From positions 1-36,090 of the forward strand of contig JBHLMG010000024.1 of assembly GCA_048938385.1 (NCBI GenBank): a stretch of DNA of 36,090 bases, written 5' to 3'. This DNA is from Promethearchaeota archaeon (GTDB taxonomy: Archaea; Asgardarchaeota; Hermodarchaeia; Hermodarchaeales; Hermodarchaeaceae). The notes under the pieces are model-generated. The model was not told the DNA's origin. It made no database searches and worked only from the letters and a program-made list of their open reading frames with translations. Each line of letters opens with the position of its first letter. Positions within the stretch are counted from its first letter, which is position 1. A program made the position numbers and the translations under genes. Below, piece by piece: positions 35,598 through 36,090 of the stretch.

Positions 35598-36090
35598 TTA
35601 TTCGCTATAATCTCCTAGATCCATCTGGCGAGAAGGCTTTGACGAGATTCGCTGATCAGTAACCCGTTCCACCCGTTCCCTTACATGTTTAGGCATGCGG
35701 TGAGGTATACCAAGTAATTCCATCATCTCGATGCAATTTCTGGCGGCAAATCCATGCCAGTGATTATTGAAGTAGCCATACACATCACTCGGTGTCTGTT
35801 TGACAACCTCTTTGACCTTCGGAACCCACGCCTCTAATTCTTCCTTTTTGTATAAGTAATAATACCAGACCTTCTTGCCATGCCCGTGCCAACGAATGTA
35901 TGCGAAGGGAGCGGTTACTTCTATGCGTGGAGGAAGAAGAGGTTCATCCACAATACAATAGGCTACTTGATGGTTTCGAAGCAGGTTAAATGTCTCGTCC
36001 TGCATCCAGGATAGGTGTCGAAATTCGACAGCAAATTCCCATTCATTCGGAAGCGTTTCAAGGAACGCTTCAAGGCTTTCGATCTGGCTG
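35598..36090 (-). CDS. DUF72 (YecE) domain protein, 5'-partial
   Basis: FAVEFRH.SW (upstream of the listed ATG), YIRWHG, Y.Y...EL..W, YFNNH..G.A..N. The frame appears to run off the window. Confidence 0.9.
   Translation of the reverse strand, partial: SQIESLEAFLETLPNEWEFAVEFRHLSWMQDETFNLLRNHQVAYCIVDEPLLPPRIEVTAPFAYIRWHGHGKKVWYYYLYKKEELEAWVPKVKEVVKQTPSDVYGYFNNHWHGFAARNCIEMMELLGIPHRMPKHVRERVERVTDQRISSKPSRQMDLGDYSE

Noticed and set aside
1-36090. CRISPR arrays, tRNA/rRNA genes, transposases, integrases
   Set aside because: No spaced repeats, cloverleaf or rRNA signatures, or mobile-element motifs were seen by eye. A tRNAscan-SE/Infernal run would be needed to exclude small RNAs fully.

Overview
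Archaeal chromosomal segment with TATA/BRE promoters, methanopterin genes and mer. An Asgard lineage is inferred from the orphan Roadblock gene and the surface-protein style. There are four blocks. (1) 1-10160 is a cell-envelope block: a DUF362 protein, two paralogous GT-C (GT87/PIG-M-like) membrane glycosyltransferases, a Cys/His-rich hypothetical protein and two tandem ~865-aa surface proteins. Each surface protein has a signal peptide, three GATase-I/GIFT-like domains, an Ig-like domain and a near-identical C-terminal TPGLPFALPWWWW-TM-RRR tail. Their 3' 520 nt, terminator included, are ~88% identical in a patchy pattern. (2) 10170-18370 is a tetrahydromethanopterin/pterin biosynthesis cluster: DHPS-like, mptE, mptA, DUF447, RFAP synthase, DUF1464 and an ATP-grasp enzyme. 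(3) 18591-30197 is a pyrimidine cluster: pyrB, pyrI, a PyrF-PyrE fusion, pyrK, pyrC, pyrD, a divergent pyrG and dCMP deaminase. It contains an archaeosortase/exosortase gene, a GNAT and a PadR/HAAS pair. (4) 30210-36090 holds Roadblock, DUF3786, mer, a Zn-finger membrane protein, a beta-propeller protein and a partial DUF72. The best candidate for a novel system is an archaeosortase with a cognate 'PGL/PWWWW-CTERM' sorting signal, possibly coupled to PIG-M-like GT-Cs for glycolipid anchoring of surface proteins. No rRNA, tRNA, CRISPR array or mobile element was recognised. All family assignments come from motif recognition by eye, not database searches.
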